The notes: generated by a model from the sequence alone, not told the origin. Numbered from the stretch's first letter, positions 25,201-38,897 are shown. The stretch is 64,000 nt of DNA from Squalus acanthias (GCA_030390025.1 CM059432.1:73348001-73412000), one strand, 5' to 3'. Made by a program: numbers and translations.

Positions 25201-27627
25201 CACATAGGCAGAAATTTTTTCACTAACTGTACTAAAGATATAAAGGTTTAATTAATGTGACTTTTGAATAACAGCTAGTGTAGTCAGAGAAAAAGCACAT
25301 TTTTTAATTGTTCTTACACTGTTAGGATCTATAATTCTTGGAGAAATTATTAACATTCAAGGATAGATTCGTGTAATGAGTTTTCACACAATAATACACT
25401 GAACATGCTCATTCTTAGAGGCAGTCAGTGAGGAATGTTTGTAATGCACAAATTATACAGTTAAACTATGAGATATGAGTGAAAAAAGGTTTTATTTCAG
25501 ATAGTGTAACAATTAATGGATAGCAGCAATGCTGGAAGACTTAATGAGATACATGTAGAATTATAGATGGTTAGAAGCTGCAATTTGGGAAAGATACACA
25601 TGACACAATAAACCATGAGGAAGAAGCTCAGGAGGTTCGTTGAAGGCAGATAAATCTTAAGATTAAACTGCAGCCTGTTGCCCACTCTCTGCCATCTATT
25701 TTTATAATATAGTGCCGTGTCAATAAAATGAAAACAATGCTAATGATTACAGCTAAAAGTAGAGCTAAAATTATATTGAATGAAAAGTGTGAGAGGCTAT
25801 TATGGTGACATCACTGAGCTGTCACATGCTTCACACTAAGGTATGATAAGTGAAACAACAAGGAGATTAAAATTGTAGTTTAGATTACATAACAATATTG
25901 TAATAATATAAATCTGCAAAATAACTATATTTGCCTAATATGATTCATGTTATCTGGTATAATGCAGCTCATGTTTCCAAAATATGTAAAGGTCAGTACT
26001 CTTTTTACTTACATCATCTGCCTTTTCTTGAAAACTTGCTTCAACTATTGTTCAAAAATGAATGCATTTCCAGGTTAGTTAACTATTATGTGTCCTATTT
26101 GAATAATAATGGTGATCGAAACAATGATACTGTGCCACTTTCTTCAACAGTGCATCAAACTAAAACAGCGTTCAGCGGGATAGAAATTGTGATGCATCTC
26201 GCACATTTTTGGGACTCAAAAAAGGCATCACAAAGTCGAATTCAAGAGCGCGACGTTATGCGCCGGAAAAGCAGTGGAAGTGCATCAGACGCCAGCAGTC
26301 ATCTGCAACAAACGTAGGCATCATTTAAATATTATAATTAGGGTCCAGCGCCTGAATCAGGACCCTTTTCTGGAATTGGAACGTCCTGCCGCCTGGTGGA
26401 TAGAAGATGCCCCTCCTCCTGCCGACCTCCTCCACTAAAACTTCCAAAGCAGTGTACGAAAACTGGGGGGTCCTTGCAACTTCTCCTGCACCTGCTGTTG
26501 TCCTCGGATAGTTGGCTGCAGCCTTTAAGAGGTGCAGGCTGCCTTTAACGACTGAAACTTCATGTCCTTATCCCAGCACGCCATGCAGAAATAGTAGAGG
26601 AGCAGCTCTCAGAAGCGGTATTTAAAGAGATCCTCACCTCTATTAAGATAAGTCTCTGGTTAGTGATTTTGGGTCAAATTTTTTTCTGCTTTGGCTACTG
26701 TTTGGCTGTTAAATAGTTTTGCAGGGTCTATTTGTGGAGGGCTACCACTGTTTCTCTGAACTTTCTTGTTCAGAATTGCTGAATATGGGAATGCTGCTGG
26801 GCTTATTATTGATGCTCCCAAATGACAAGGAGGAGCAGCAGCAAGGAAAGCAGCAAAGACCTGCATAGGCTGCAAGAAGAGGGCGCAGGAGACCATACAG
26901 CATGCGGGTTATCAGGAGCAGACAGCTGCATTTCACCAGGGAGACAGTTACTTACCTGTGCCACCTGTTGTAGCGAGAATTGGAGCCCAACACCAGGACC
27001 TGCATTGTACTGCCTGTGCCAGTGAAGGTCATCGTGGCTCTAAACCTTTATGGCTCTGGCTCCTTCCAAACTGCTTCTGGGGGCATCAGCAACATCAACC
27101 AGTTTGCTGTGCACTTGGCACCCAGCAGGTCACTGATAGAGTAATGATAGATATGAGTTGGGAAGCTTACCTTAACTATTCTCATGAGGTCATTGAACTT
27201 CCTGTATTGCAGCTATGTCCTGGGGACGATACATCTTGCATATCTGCCCATTGGTGCCTGGAAATCGTCCTGCCACCTGGTGGTTAGAAGATGCAGCGGG
27301 TGAAATTGGGTATCGCCCCGTTTGGGGTGCTAACTTTTGAAATTTTGAAAATTTAGCGCCAGGCGCTAAGGATTCTGAACTTTTACTAAATTGGGTGTTC
27401 GTGCCCCAGGAAGGATGTGGGGCGCTAAATCAAGTGCTAATAACCTCAGTGGGGCACTACAGTGGCGCTACCTGCAGAGTGCTAATGAATTTCAGGTGCA
27501 GTGCATTCAGCAATGATCCTTCACACTGGTTCCTTCCAGCTCTTAAAGGGGAGATTGCATCATTTTGCAGATGCTCATTTCCAGCATTGCTGGCTTTGAG
27601 GCGACCTGCGAGCAAGTGAATCCCCTG

Positions 27628-29640
27628 ATGGCTACGGCTGTTCTCACTCCCAGGGAGAGAGCTCGTCGGTTCACAGATGTGGCATTGGAGGCATTGGTGG
27701 CTGGAGTGGAGCGAAAGAGGGGAGTGCTGTTCCCGGCCACTGGAAGGAGGCCATCGCCTCAGGTGTTCAGGGCAATGTGGAGGAAAATGGCCCAGGAGGT
27801 CTCAGCCAGTAGTGTGGTGGAACGCAGCCAGACACAGTGCCGCAAGAAATTCAACGACCTCAGTCGGGTGGTCAAGGTGAGTACATGCTTCAGCAGCTCC
27901 TACATACCAGCATCTGAACCTCAGTCTGTACACACTGCGCAAAGAACCACACCGCCACCACTCACCCACCAAACATCTTCACCTACTCAAAACTCACATC
28001 CACATCTCACGCCTTGCCTACAATCTCAGCTATTCAACGACAGCAGGCATATCTCCCAAACATATAGCTGGACTCTGACTCACACACATTCGTTTCTCCT
28101 GCTCCCCTGCACTCACCTTAACGCGAGTGTTGTGCCTTTATGCTTTCAGATATTCAGCAACCAGATGACCAGCCTATCCCTGAGCCTCCCACTGAGACTG
28201 AGGAAGGAGAAGAGGAGGAAGAGGAGCAAAGCACCGCGTCACTGCATCTCTCACCCACAGGCACCACCTCAGATACTGGCACTACGCGATCTTTAGAGGC
28301 AAGTTTAGTAGAGGGGTCTGCACTGGGTGATGCACCGGGGACAAGTGGGCTGCAGCAAGGCCAGGGGGAGAGGGTAGTTTGGGAGGCAGCTCCCCGGAGG
28401 GCAAGTTCTGCTGCACAGGACTCAGATGAGAACCTCGATGGGGAGACGTTCACAAGAAGGGTGATGGCCATGCACACCGAGATGATAGGTGCAATGACAT
28501 ATGAAGAGAGATTGGGTCAATTGGGCTTATACTCGCTGGAGTTTAGAAGAATGAGAGGGGATCTCATTGAAACTTATAAAATTCTGACAGGACAGGACAA
28601 ACTAGATGCAGGAAGGATGTTCCCGATGGTGGGGGAGTCAGAACCAGGGGTCACAGTCTAAGGATAAGGGGTAAGCCATTTAGGACAGAAATGAGGAGGA
28701 ATTTCTTCACCCAGAGAGTGGTGAACCTGTGGAATTCTCTACCACAGAAGGCAGTTGAGGCCAATTCATTAAATAGATTCAAGAAGGAGTTAGATATATT
28801 TCTTAAGGCTAAAGGGATCAAGGGATATGGGGAGAAAGCAGGGACAGGGTACTGAATTTGGATGATCAGCCATGATCGCATTGAATGGCGGAGCAGGCTA
28901 GAGGGGCCGAATGGCCTACTCCTGCTCCTATCTTCTATGATTCTATGATTCTATGTCGAGGGTGCCCGAGAGCCTCTCGGCAATGGTAAGCAGCGTGGAG
29001 GAATCTGCCTCCAAGATTGCACAGAGCTCTGCGCACACCATGGAGCCCATCATTTCCACTGTGCAGAGGATAGTGGTCTCCCAGAGAGATTGTGCGGATC
29101 CAGACCTGATGCCGCGTGTCATGGGCGATGTGGCAGCTTCCATTGCAGCACAGGCCGAAGTGACACAATGTCATAGTGCTGTAATGCAGTCAATGGTTGC
29201 TGCCATCGAGTCTCAGACTGCTCTCATGCAGTCTCAGCTTGATGCCACGAAAGCACTGACTGCTGCCATCGTCGCTGGGTCCACCACAGTCCACCGGTAA
29301 TTTCACGGTGTCGCAGCAGGCCAGCAATCTGTGCTCCAGCAGTTTGATAGGGATGCTGAGGTGCTGCCCCAGGGGAGTGGGAGTGGGTCAGTGGAGCAGG
29401 AACCTGCTGTCCTCTCTCAGGATGACAACATTCCTGATCCCACGACTGCCATTGCACTTGTCGCTGCCTGTCATCCAGCCAGCCCAGACTGCTGCCACCC
29501 AAAGCTGGTCGAGGGCGTCCTGCAAGGCTATCTGTAGTCTCTGGCACCGACACTCAGCAGTCTTCCACCAGCCCTGCCGCAGCCACTGGGGAGACACTAC
29601 GTAGGAGCACTAGATTAGGAAAGGGGACTGTAAAGAGAGG
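27628..29640 (+). pseudogene. Myb/SANT-like Harbinger accessory gene (copy C), missing exon 2 and interrupted by CR1
   Basis: Exon 1 at 27628-27876 (RARRFTDVALEALV...W...QCRKKFNDLSRVVK|GTGAGT). Exon 3 starts at 28150. CR1 insertion at 28494-28955. Confidence 0.85.
28494..28955 (+). mobile_element. CR1 LINE 3' end (5'-truncated)
   Basis: MTYEERLGQLGLYSLEFRRMRGDLIETYK, ending in (TTCTATGA)n. Very similar to 60330-60790. Confidence 0.92.
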
Positions 29641-29833
29641 AGGCAAAGGTTTGCTCGAGGGTGATTAGTCACTATTGCTGTTGTATATATGTGGTTAATG
29701 GTTTTTGATAAATTTATGACTGGAATGTTGCAGATTTGATGCTGTGTCTCATTTCAGTTTTGGGGTGTGGTTTGGAATCACAAAGTGATGGAATGATGGC
29801 GACGTGCTCAGCAACCGGAACGAGGACTCGAAG

Positions 29834-31020
29834 TCACTGGAAACGAAGTCTGATGAGGCGGTCACGGACCGACCTTGCAGAATGCCGATTAAATGGCTGC
29901 CTCCTCCGTCGCTGCTGTTCATCCTCCTGTTCCTCCTGCTCGTCTTCTTCCTCCTCCTCCTGCTCCTCCTGAGGTGGTGCGGCTATGCCTGGTGACAATG
30001 GCTGCGCCCTCATAATGGCCAAGTTGTGCAGCATGCAGCAGACGATGACGAAAAGTGACACCCGCTCAGCCAAGTACTGGAGGGCTCCTCCCGAGTGGTC
30101 AAGGCAGCGGAACTGTTGCTTGAGCACTCCGATGGTCTGCTCAATGATGTTCCTGGTGGCAGCATTGCTCTCATTATATGAGTGCTGGGCACGAGTGTTG
30201 AGGTTGCGGCGGGGAGTCATGAGCCAGGTGGAGAGCCATGATCCAGGTGGAGAGTGGATAGCCCTTGTCTCCCAGCAGCTAGCCGCAAGCTTCATGTGGT
30301 GGCTGGAACAGGTCTGGCACACTGGTCTGGCGCAGGATGAAGGCATCATGGTGCTGCCAGGATAGCGGGCATTGACGGTCAGGATTCGTCGTGTGTGGTC
30401 GCACACCAACTGCACATTAAGTGAGTGGTAGCCTTCGCAGTTATGGAAAATCTCAGGATTGTTATGAGCTGCCCGCAAAGCGACGTGGGTGCAGTCAATG
30501 GCGCCCTGCACCATGGGGAAGCCCGATATCCTGGCAAAGCCACATGCTGCTCGTGCTGCTTCTCTCTGGTCATGGGGAAGGAAATGTAATCTCTTCTCCT
30601 TCTGTACAGAGCATCTGTGACCTGGCGGATGGACCAATGGACGGCAAACTGGGAGATGTTGGAGATGTCGCCTGTCGCACACTGGAATGATCCGCTGGCA
30701 TAGAAATTAAGGGTGACGGTGACCTTGACTGCCACTGAGAGAGCCCTGGTGGTCCTGATCTCAGGCTCGAGGTCTGGCTGCAGGAGGTGGTAGAGCTCTG
30801 TGACTACGTCCTCGCTGAAGCGGTGCCTTCTAATACACTGGTCCTCAGTGGAATTCATGTAGGAGAACTGCTGCCGGAATACCCTGGGTGGGTAAGGCCT
30901 CCTGTTGAGAGCCCTGTTGACCCTCCTACCTCTGGCCACATTTTGCACTCTTTCTCTGTGCCTCAGTTGCCTCCGACGTTGATGCTGGAGGGCGAGGTCC
31001 AGTGCCAGTACAGCCCCCAT
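29834..31020 (-). pseudogene. Harbinger DDE transposase (copy C), frameshifted
   Basis: MGAVLALD...AVKVTVTLNFYASGSFQ; GAIDCTH; IIEQTIGVLKQQFRCLD; VCCMLHNLAI. Spread over several frames. Confidence 0.92.
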
Positions 31021-32324
31021 GGAAGGATACAAATATTGCACTTTCAAATTTCGCCTCAATGAAACTCAATAATCTTTATGTGCCAGAACACTCGCTAAAT
31101 GCAAAACGTGCAAATCGTTCAAAGGCCTCTTTGCCAATGTGAAATTAACAACGCAGCATTGTTGGCCGACAAAAACGACACCGGAAGTGGACACCTTTAA
31201 ATAGCGCTCCTCTAAGGGACACCCGACTGAAAGCCGCCTCCTCTACCTCTCGTTGTTCATCCGGGGCGCTGCGCACGGCAATGACGTCACGATCTCTGGG
31301 CGCAACGTCTTACCGCCGCCGGAGGCACTAAGGGGAGGTGCAAAGGAGCCCAATTTTTAGCCCGCCATGTCCGAAAACCAGGAAGTCCTTGCAGCTTCTC
31401 CTGTGCCTGCCGTTGTCCACGGATAGTTGGCTACAGCCAAAGTGCATCTCTCTTTTAAGAGGTGGAGGGTGCCTTTAAATCGCATCAGGAACATGAGGAA
31501 TTGACGCCCCCCCCCATCTGGTGAGCTGCCAATCAACAGCACAAGTAACGTTAGCAGTCCACCTATATTATTTTAATTTACGAGTTGCTTGAATTTGGGG
31601 TCTTCTTTTGGGCCATGTGATCAGGCGCAGCTCCGAGCGCGAGGTCCATTGTGAGCACGAAAATGCACTCAACGCAATTTCTACCCCATCATGTACTACT
31701 GCACATACAGACGTGAATACCAGCTCTACTCAAAAAAACAACTAAATTCTGTTTTCTGTATATTATATAAAACAAGTGCAGATATCACAAGCAGTAATTT
31801 CTAGCCTCGTGACATTTATTTTTGTTTAATTGGAGAAGGCCACTGGTGACATTTATACTTTTTTGGAATCACATGATCAGCATATGTAGTTGATTGGAGA
31901 ACAGTTTATTTAATATTTCCTGACAACAAAGGCCAATATGAAAGAAAGGTTAAACTTTGGAGAAAATGAAACACAGGACATTTGCTTCTGTAAGAAATGC
32001 TAAGGTATCAAGGCAATAATAAATCAAACTTTCATCAGTATCATGACTCCTAACTTTTTGTCAACAACAAAAATAACATTTCTTTAAAATGTTTAAAAAA
32101 CGACTTTAATTTTTTCATGGTATAAATTATTGCAATTTTTTTGTGGAGCTTATTGAATGTATTCATGTTTGTCTGTGCTGTAATACATAATGAGTGCTGT
32201 ATTTTGATGGAATATTGGAGAAAAGCATTTTCCAATACTGGAGTATCTGATAACTGGAGAGGATATCTATTATCTGTAAATATCCTGAAGACAGCATTAT
32301 TATCACTTTTTATTATTTGTTCAC

Positions 32325-32840
32325 TGGATTGGGCATTATTGCAAGGAGGCATTTATTGCCCATTCCTAGTTAACTTGGGAAGGTGGTGGTTGGCCTTCTC
32401 CATGACTTCTGCAGTCCTTGTCGTGATGGTACCCCCACAATGGTGTTTACTAGGGAATTCTAGGATTTTGACCTAGCAATGATGAAGGATGGCAATACAT
32501 GGCCAAGTCAGGATGGTGTGTGACTTGGAGGGAAACTTGCAGATGATGATATTTCCATGATATTGTTGCTGCTGTCCTATATGGTAGAGTTCACAGGCTG
32601 GGAGGTGCTGTCAAAGTAGCTTGGTGAGTTGCTGCAGTGTACGTTGTACATACTATAGTCATAAGAATATAGGAACAGGAGGAGGCCATCAGCCCCTTGA
32701 GCCGGTTCTGCAATTCAATTAGATCATGGCTGGCCTGTATCTTAACTCCAATTACCCTCCTTGGTTCCATAACCCTTAATACCCTTCACCAATCAAGCAG
32801 ACTGCTATGTCTTGCATGATGCTGAGATTCATGGGTATTG
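32325..32840 (-). mobile_element. Non-LTR retrotransposon 3' end, with a CR1 tail inserted at ~32660-32790
   Basis: The minus strand encodes a degraded RT C-terminal region (..FPSKSHTILTW..). The inner part matches the CR1 tail at 45624-45750. Confidence 0.55.
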
Positions 32841-33832
32841 TGCCTCCACCTGGTCCGAGGCAATATGGCGTTAGACGTATTTCAGGCATCCTTTTGCAGG
32901 ACATAGCTCTTGAAAACTGATCATTTTCTACCTTGTTTTATGCCTGAAAAATGGCTGAAACAAGGTCCAATTTTCACCCCCCCCCCCTCCCAATTAACTT
33001 CATTATGGCATTTTACAAAATGTATCTATATCAGTGCAGGGCTTAATAATGGCTTCCAATTACAACATTTGCAAGACCTTAAGATATCAGATTGAAAATT
33101 GTGCATGCAATCTAAAGTAAAGGTTGTGGCATTTGCAAATCTATTTCCATATTACCTTTGTGGCTATCCTTTCAAGTCATGTTACTTCTTCCTCACATCC
33201 ATTCATGCTCAATAATTCACTCTAGGAAGCCTGGATCCAAAATTGCTTAATAGGACACCCTCTTGTCCTGGAAAGGTTACCTTGTTTCTCAAGCATATCT
33301 TCAAGAATGATTGTGAGATTTTGGTCAGAAAACTGAGGCCTAGAAATTCAATGGTTTAGCGCTGGCCGTTAATGCCCATTTTGTAGAAAAAAATGGTGGC
33401 CGCCTCACTTCTGCCACTTTTGGCAGGTCCTGCGGCGGCGGCCATTTTGGGCAGGTCGGCAGCATTGCCAATGCCTGCACTCGCTGTAGATATTAGATTA
33501 GGCAGATTGTGACGTCAGTGAGTGTGCAATACTCACTTGACGCTCGATCTGCCATTTTCGCCGTCGTCGCTCCACTTACTGGTCTTTGTTAATCACGACC
33601 AGCTGACCAAGTGTTCAGTAGCAGGAAGAAGCCTCCAGCAGTGCTATTTAAAGGGATCATCATCAACAACTTGCAGCTGACATGGTTTTTGACTGGCTCT
33701 GTGTAACTTTCTGCAACTCTTGCAGCTTTCTAAACGTTTTTCAATTCGTAAGGTGACAAGGAGTGTTGGTGCAAGTGAAGAACACCTTAATTCTTATTTA
33801 AAGGCTTCTGCTCACAACACTTGCTCACAGTT

Positions 33833-34988
33833 ATGGGGGCTCTGCTGGCAGACCCCTCGCACTCGAGTATCTTCAGGAGAGGGAGTGGAGGCAGCGAAGA
33901 AGAGAAGATACGCGCAGAGGGAGGAGGAGGAAGGCCAGAAGGGCTCTCAACAGGATTCCTTGCCCACCTAGGGTCTTCCAAGAGCACTTTTCTTACCTCC
34001 ACTTAAGCGACGAGTAGTGTATTAGGAGGCTCTGCTTCACCAAGGAGGTGGTTACAGAACTGTCACCTCCTGCAACCAGACCTGCAACCTGAGAGCAGGG
34101 CGCCCATGGCTCTCCCAGTAGCCCTCAAGGTCACCGTGGCCCTCAATTTCTTCGCCAGCGGATCCTTTCAGTCTGCAACAGGAAACATAGCTAACCTCTC
34201 CCAGTTCACCGTCCATCACTGCATCTGGGAGGTCACACAGGCTCTCTACACTAGTAGAAGGGATTACGTTGTCTTCTCTCTGAACAGAGAGAAGCAGGAC
34301 CAGTGTGCATGTGGTTTTGCCAGGATAGTGCGCTTCCCCATGGTGCAGGGTGCCATCGACTGCACCCATGTGGCTTTGCGGGCGCCGCATACCAATCCTG
34401 AGATGTTCCGTAACCACAAAGGCTACCACTTACTTAATGTGCAGTTGGCGTGCGACCACGTGCAGTGCATCATGATGGTCAATGCCTGCTATCCTGGCAG
34501 CAGTCATGATGCCTTCATCCTGCATCAGTCCAGTCACCAGCCTTCTGTAGCTTCCAGCCACCATGTCAAACCCAAGGGTGGCTGATCGGAGACAAGGGCT
34601 ATCTGCTCTACACATGGCTGGCTCCCCTCCGCAACCCCACCCCTCGTACCCAGCACTCATATAATGATAGCCATGCTGCCACCAGGAACGTCAGCGAGCA
34701 CATCATCAGGCTGCTGAAGCAATGGTTCCGCTCCCTTGACCGCTCAGGAGGAGCCCTACAGTACTTGCACTTTGTGGTGTTCTGCTACATGCTTCACAAC
34801 TTGGCCATCCTGAGGGCACAGACTTTGCCACCAGGGATTGCGGGACTACCTCAGGAGGAGGAGGAGGGAGAGGAGGAGGAGAAGGAAGAGGAAGAGGACA
34901 AGGACAAGGAGGAAGGAGGAGGCAGGCAGCAGATCCCCGTTCCAGATAGGCTGTCCGTGAACGCCTCAACAGACTCCGATTCCAGTGA
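33833..34988 (+). pseudogene. Harbinger DDE transposase (copy D), with stops and frameshifts
   Basis: ALKVTVALNFFASGSFQ, GAIDCTH, YPGSSHDAFIL, GDKGY region, FCYMLHNLAIL. Confidence 0.9.
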
Positions 34989-35159
34989 ATGAAACCCCAG
35001 ATCCCTGCTGCTCACCACACCCCTATTATACCAACCCTCTGTCACGGAACATCACAGCGTTCTCCTGGGCAAAAAGCTGAAATGAGAGCCACCACAAAAC
35101 AAACATTCAAATAAAATTAATGAATTTATCACAATCCAATCAACATTACAATATGTACT

Positions 35160-36550
35160 AATCACCCTTGTGCATTCCCTTAGTGCCTGTTGTTCATGTG
35201 CCTTTTCCAACTCTATTGTTCCTATGCAGTGCTCCCCCAGTAGCTGCAGCACGGCTGGTGGAAGGCTGCTGACTTTCCGTGGAGGAGACTACAGATGGCC
35301 TTGCAGGATGACCTCAACTATCTGTGAACCTAGAAGGCCCGCTGTAGACTGCACCATCACCACATGGGCGGCAGCAGTCTGGGCTGGCTGACTGACAGGC
35401 AGCAGCAAGGGCAATGGCGGAGTGGCAGTGGTGGGAACAGGAATGTTGTCATCCTGAGAGAGGACAGCAGGTTCTTGTTCCACAGACCCACTGTCACTCC
35501 ACTGGGGCGGTGCCTCAGCATTCCTAGCAATCTGTTGGAGGACAGTTTGCTGGACAGCTGTAACATCCTGCAAGCCCCTTTCGACACTTGTAAACCCAGC
35601 GACGATGGCAGAAGTCTGAGTTTGCGTGGCAGCAAGCTGAGCCTGCAGGAGAGCAGTCTGCGCTTCCACTGTAGCACTGAGACATTGGGTCGCTCCTGCC
35701 TGTGCTGCAATGGAAGCCGCGACATCGCTCATCACACGCAGCATCATGGCTGGGTCGACAAGGTCTCTCATGGAGTTGTCCATCATTTCCAGCCTGGAAA
35801 TCATGGGCTCCAAGCTCTGCGCAAAGCCCCATCCAATGTTGGAGCCGTACTCCTCCATGCTCCTTGACATTGACAAGAGGCTCTCTGGCAGGCTTGCCAT
35901 TGCACCTAACATTTTAGTGTGCATGCTCATCACACTTCTTCTGAAGGCTGCCCCATCGATGTCATCATCTGAGTCATGTGCAGCAGAATGCGTGCGCGAA
36001 CTCGCCCTCAGTGGAGCGCCCCCGCCCCGAGTACCCTTTCCCCTGTCCTTGCTGCAGCCCACTCATGCCCAATGCCTCACCATGTGCAGATCCCGCCTTT
36101 ATACTACCCTCTACATTCTGCGCAGTGCCAGTTTCTGAGCTGGTGTCTGCGTGTGTCAGATGCAGTGATGGTGTGTCTTCTTCTTCTTCTCCTTCACCCT
36201 CCTCCACAGCATGAGGGATAGGCTGACCTGCTGGCAGTTCTTGGGTATCTGAAAGCAGAAAGACACAAGGGTCAGGTTGTGGTGAGGGGAGGGGGGGAAA
36301 AGCAAGATATCCATGCATACACCATCAGCAACTTGTAATTGACCTGCCATGTGAGATCATTAAACTTCTTTCGGCATTGGATCCATGTCCTTGGAACCAC
36401 ACTGGTGGCCGTGTCAGAGGTTGCTATCTCCTGCCAGAGCCTTCTACTAGTAGCCTTGGATGGTTTCCTGCCACCCTGTGGGAACAGTACAGCCCACCTT
36501 CTTTGAACTGCCACGACCAAGGTCTTGAGTGCAGCATCCGAGAACCTTCA

Positions 36551-36592
<42 letters not shown>

Positions 36593-36639
36593 CACTCGCT
36601 CTCTCTCTCTCTCTCTCTCTCTCTAGGTTGCTGAGCCAT
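35160..36639 (-). pseudogene. Myb/SANT-like Harbinger accessory gene (copy D), degraded
   Basis: MAQQPRERE..., LFPQGGRK...W...RTWIQCRKKFNDLT, and exon-3 ORF 35289-36062. Exon 2 absent. 3' boundary approximate. Confidence 0.85.
36550..36623. repeat. Compound microsatellite (TGCTCG)n-(CT)n
   Basis: About 7 hexamer units followed by ~13 CT units, inside Myb exon 1 of copy D. Confidence 0.9.
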
Positions 36640-37385
36640 GTCTTCAGCCTGACTGACAATGATGTGCTGCTGCAACAAAGCACCTCCCCTTTAAGTAGTG
36701 CAGAGAGCCGAGGCCAACCATTGCTGGCCATTAGACTGCACCTGACATTGGCCAACCTGCTGAGCGCTAAGTCAATCAGCAGCGTGTTTAGTGCTGAGAT
36801 CAGCACTCCAATCATTATAATGAGCAGGCAGCACGAATTTTGCGTGCTGCCTGGACCACTTTCAACGAGCGCAGGCAAATAGTGCTGGCCATTGACACCA
36901 CCCGTTTTCAGGCCTAATCCAATTTTTAGGCCTGAGTCTTTCAAATGGTGCTTAGCAGCCAATGCCTGTGCATTCCAATTTACTTACTGCACAGATCTGT
37001 TTGGAAGAAATGGTGATTAAGCAGCTCATTAACTGCCCAAGAAGTGTGAAACTCAGCATAAACTCAGTAGAAGTATGCACTGACTGGTTGTTTTCTATTG
37101 GGTGAGATTATCACATTTGTGGGGCATGAATCTGACCAGAGGAACCTCAGAGACACCTGCCAGTTTGATGGACAAGTGATACTCACACACAGAAATAGTT
37201 GAACTTTCATGATTATTTCTGGAGGATGAAAATATAACGTTAAGTATTTCAATTAAAATGTATCCTCGTCTGGGTCAATATTTTCCAGATTCAGGACTAA
37301 ATTTGAACTGAAACGGAAATGCTCATTTCGAAAAATTATTGTATTTTGTATGCGAGACCTTCAGAACACTTGTACAATTTACAAT

Positions 37386-38117
37386 GGGCTGTAATCTGCG
37401 GCCCCTATGGGTGCGTACGAGGTGCGCACGCGCTCGTTGGGGCAGCGCAAGTTCCGGGTTTAGGCATGCGCTGCACATGCGCTAAAACCCAGAACTTGCG
37501 ATGTCAAGAATTTTCTTGACAGATCATCCGCATCCCCGGGGAAAGGGCATCCGTGGGCGGAGAGTTGCGCTATTTGCCCAACTTCTGCCCAGCGAATGCC
37601 CATGAAATTCTTACGCCTGGCAGGCGCAAGGCCTGCTTTTACCAGCGTAAGAGTTTTAAAAAACAGAAAAATAAAATTTTTTCAATAATTTATACATTTA
37701 AAAACCTGTGAAATAAGGTAAGTTTATTTTTAGCCCCTTTAAAACATGTGAATTTATTTTCCAAAAAATTAAATTTTCATTTGAAATATTGAATGCCATT
37801 TTAATTAATTTTAAATATGTGATTTTTTATTTTATTTATTTGAAGGGTCGAGGTATTTTTTTGGGTATTCCCATTCATGCTTATGGGGTTTCCGTACATA
37901 CGGAATCCCCATAAGTATGAATGGGGATTCCCTTCTGTCATTGGTTGGGCCAGCCCACATGATCCCAGGGGCACTTGCAAACCACGTGGGCCTCTGCCCG
38001 CGGGTACCCGGAGAGGCCCAGGACCGCGAATCTCCCGGACCATCAGGTAGGCTCGGGTTTTATTTGCGGATCGGAGGCATTTCCCCGCGGGAAGCCACTG
38101 ACCGCAAATTGAGAACC
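37386..38117. mobile_element. Harbinger-type MITE, 732 bp, with an AT-rich core
   Basis: Imperfect TIRs GGGCTGTAATCTGCGG / CCGCAAATTGAGAACC. Exact TSD AAT (37383-37385, 38118-38120). Confidence 0.75.
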
Positions 38118-38897
38118 AATATTTCAAGGGGCAGTGTGTAACTCCAAGCACAGAATACTTAAAGAAAAGATGCTCATGTCAAAAAAAAATTCCCCTCACA
38201 TTATGTGAACCATTTTCTTTGGGAAAATTGTGTATCCCATGTTGCTTCACAGCAATAAGTAAATAAACCATTGAAAAAAAACAGGTATTGTTGCTTGGGT
38301 TTCAGGTAAAACATAAGCCAGTTGAATAGAATAATCAGAGTTGAAACAAATATGTAAAAAGAACTGATATGTGGAAGAAGTGAAGCGGGTCAATTTTAAA
38401 TCTCCGACAGGTGCAAACGAGGCAGTAAGGGTGTTAAAATGGCAGTGCAGTATTTACTGCCTTGTTTACACATGAGCAGTGTCTGCTGCCATTTTGCTTC
38501 CAGTTTGGACCCGGGCGGTCTAGGCTCCTGCCTGTATCTGGTGGCAACAATATTTAAATAAGGATTCTATCATGCAGATAGGAACCCCACTGTGATTTTA
38601 ACAGGAAGTAGCGGAAAAGCCATTGAGTGCAAGAAGCAGACAGCCCATTTGGAGTGATATTTAAAGGGACACTCACATGATTTTTTTTGAATCACTGGAT
38701 CTAGCCAGAAGCAAGCTTAGTTTATTTTGCAATGCTGTACTTTGCATGAGACAAGTTTTGTTGGCTTTTCTTTGAAACATTTTCAGCCTTCTGCAACCTG
38801 AGTCCACCTGAAAATGGGAGCAGTTCTTGTAACACCTACCTGGGTAGTGGAGGAAAAAGAACAGTAGCAGCAGCAGGAACAACAGTAAAGAGACCAA

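Larger units (their letters stand above)
27296..31363. mobile_element. Harbinger transposon (copy C), near full length, inactivated
   Basis: TIR-like ends GCGGGTGAAATTGGG / CCCAATTTTTAGCCC with flanks GCA/GCC. Convergent Myb (+) and transposase (-) genes. Confidence 0.88.
26177..31687 (+). mobile_element. Non-autonomous Harbinger (copy B) hosting copy C
   Basis: TIRs GGGATAGAAATTG / CAATTTCTACCCC with flanks AGC/ATC. Transposase 5' remnant AVKVIVALNLYGSGSFQTASG..ISNINQFAVH at ~27020-27115. Confidence 0.75.
33337..36932. mobile_element. Harbinger transposon (copy D), full length (3596 bp), inactivated
   Basis: TIRs GGCCTAGAAATT / AATTTTTAGGCC. Exact TSD TGA (33334-33336, 36933-36935). Transposase on +, Myb partner on -. 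Confidence 0.92.

Noticed and set aside
20700..26170. Host protein-coding exons in the AT-rich unique region
   Set aside because: Only short ORFs without recognisable domains or a consistent splice-phase chain. Small exons cannot be excluded by eye.
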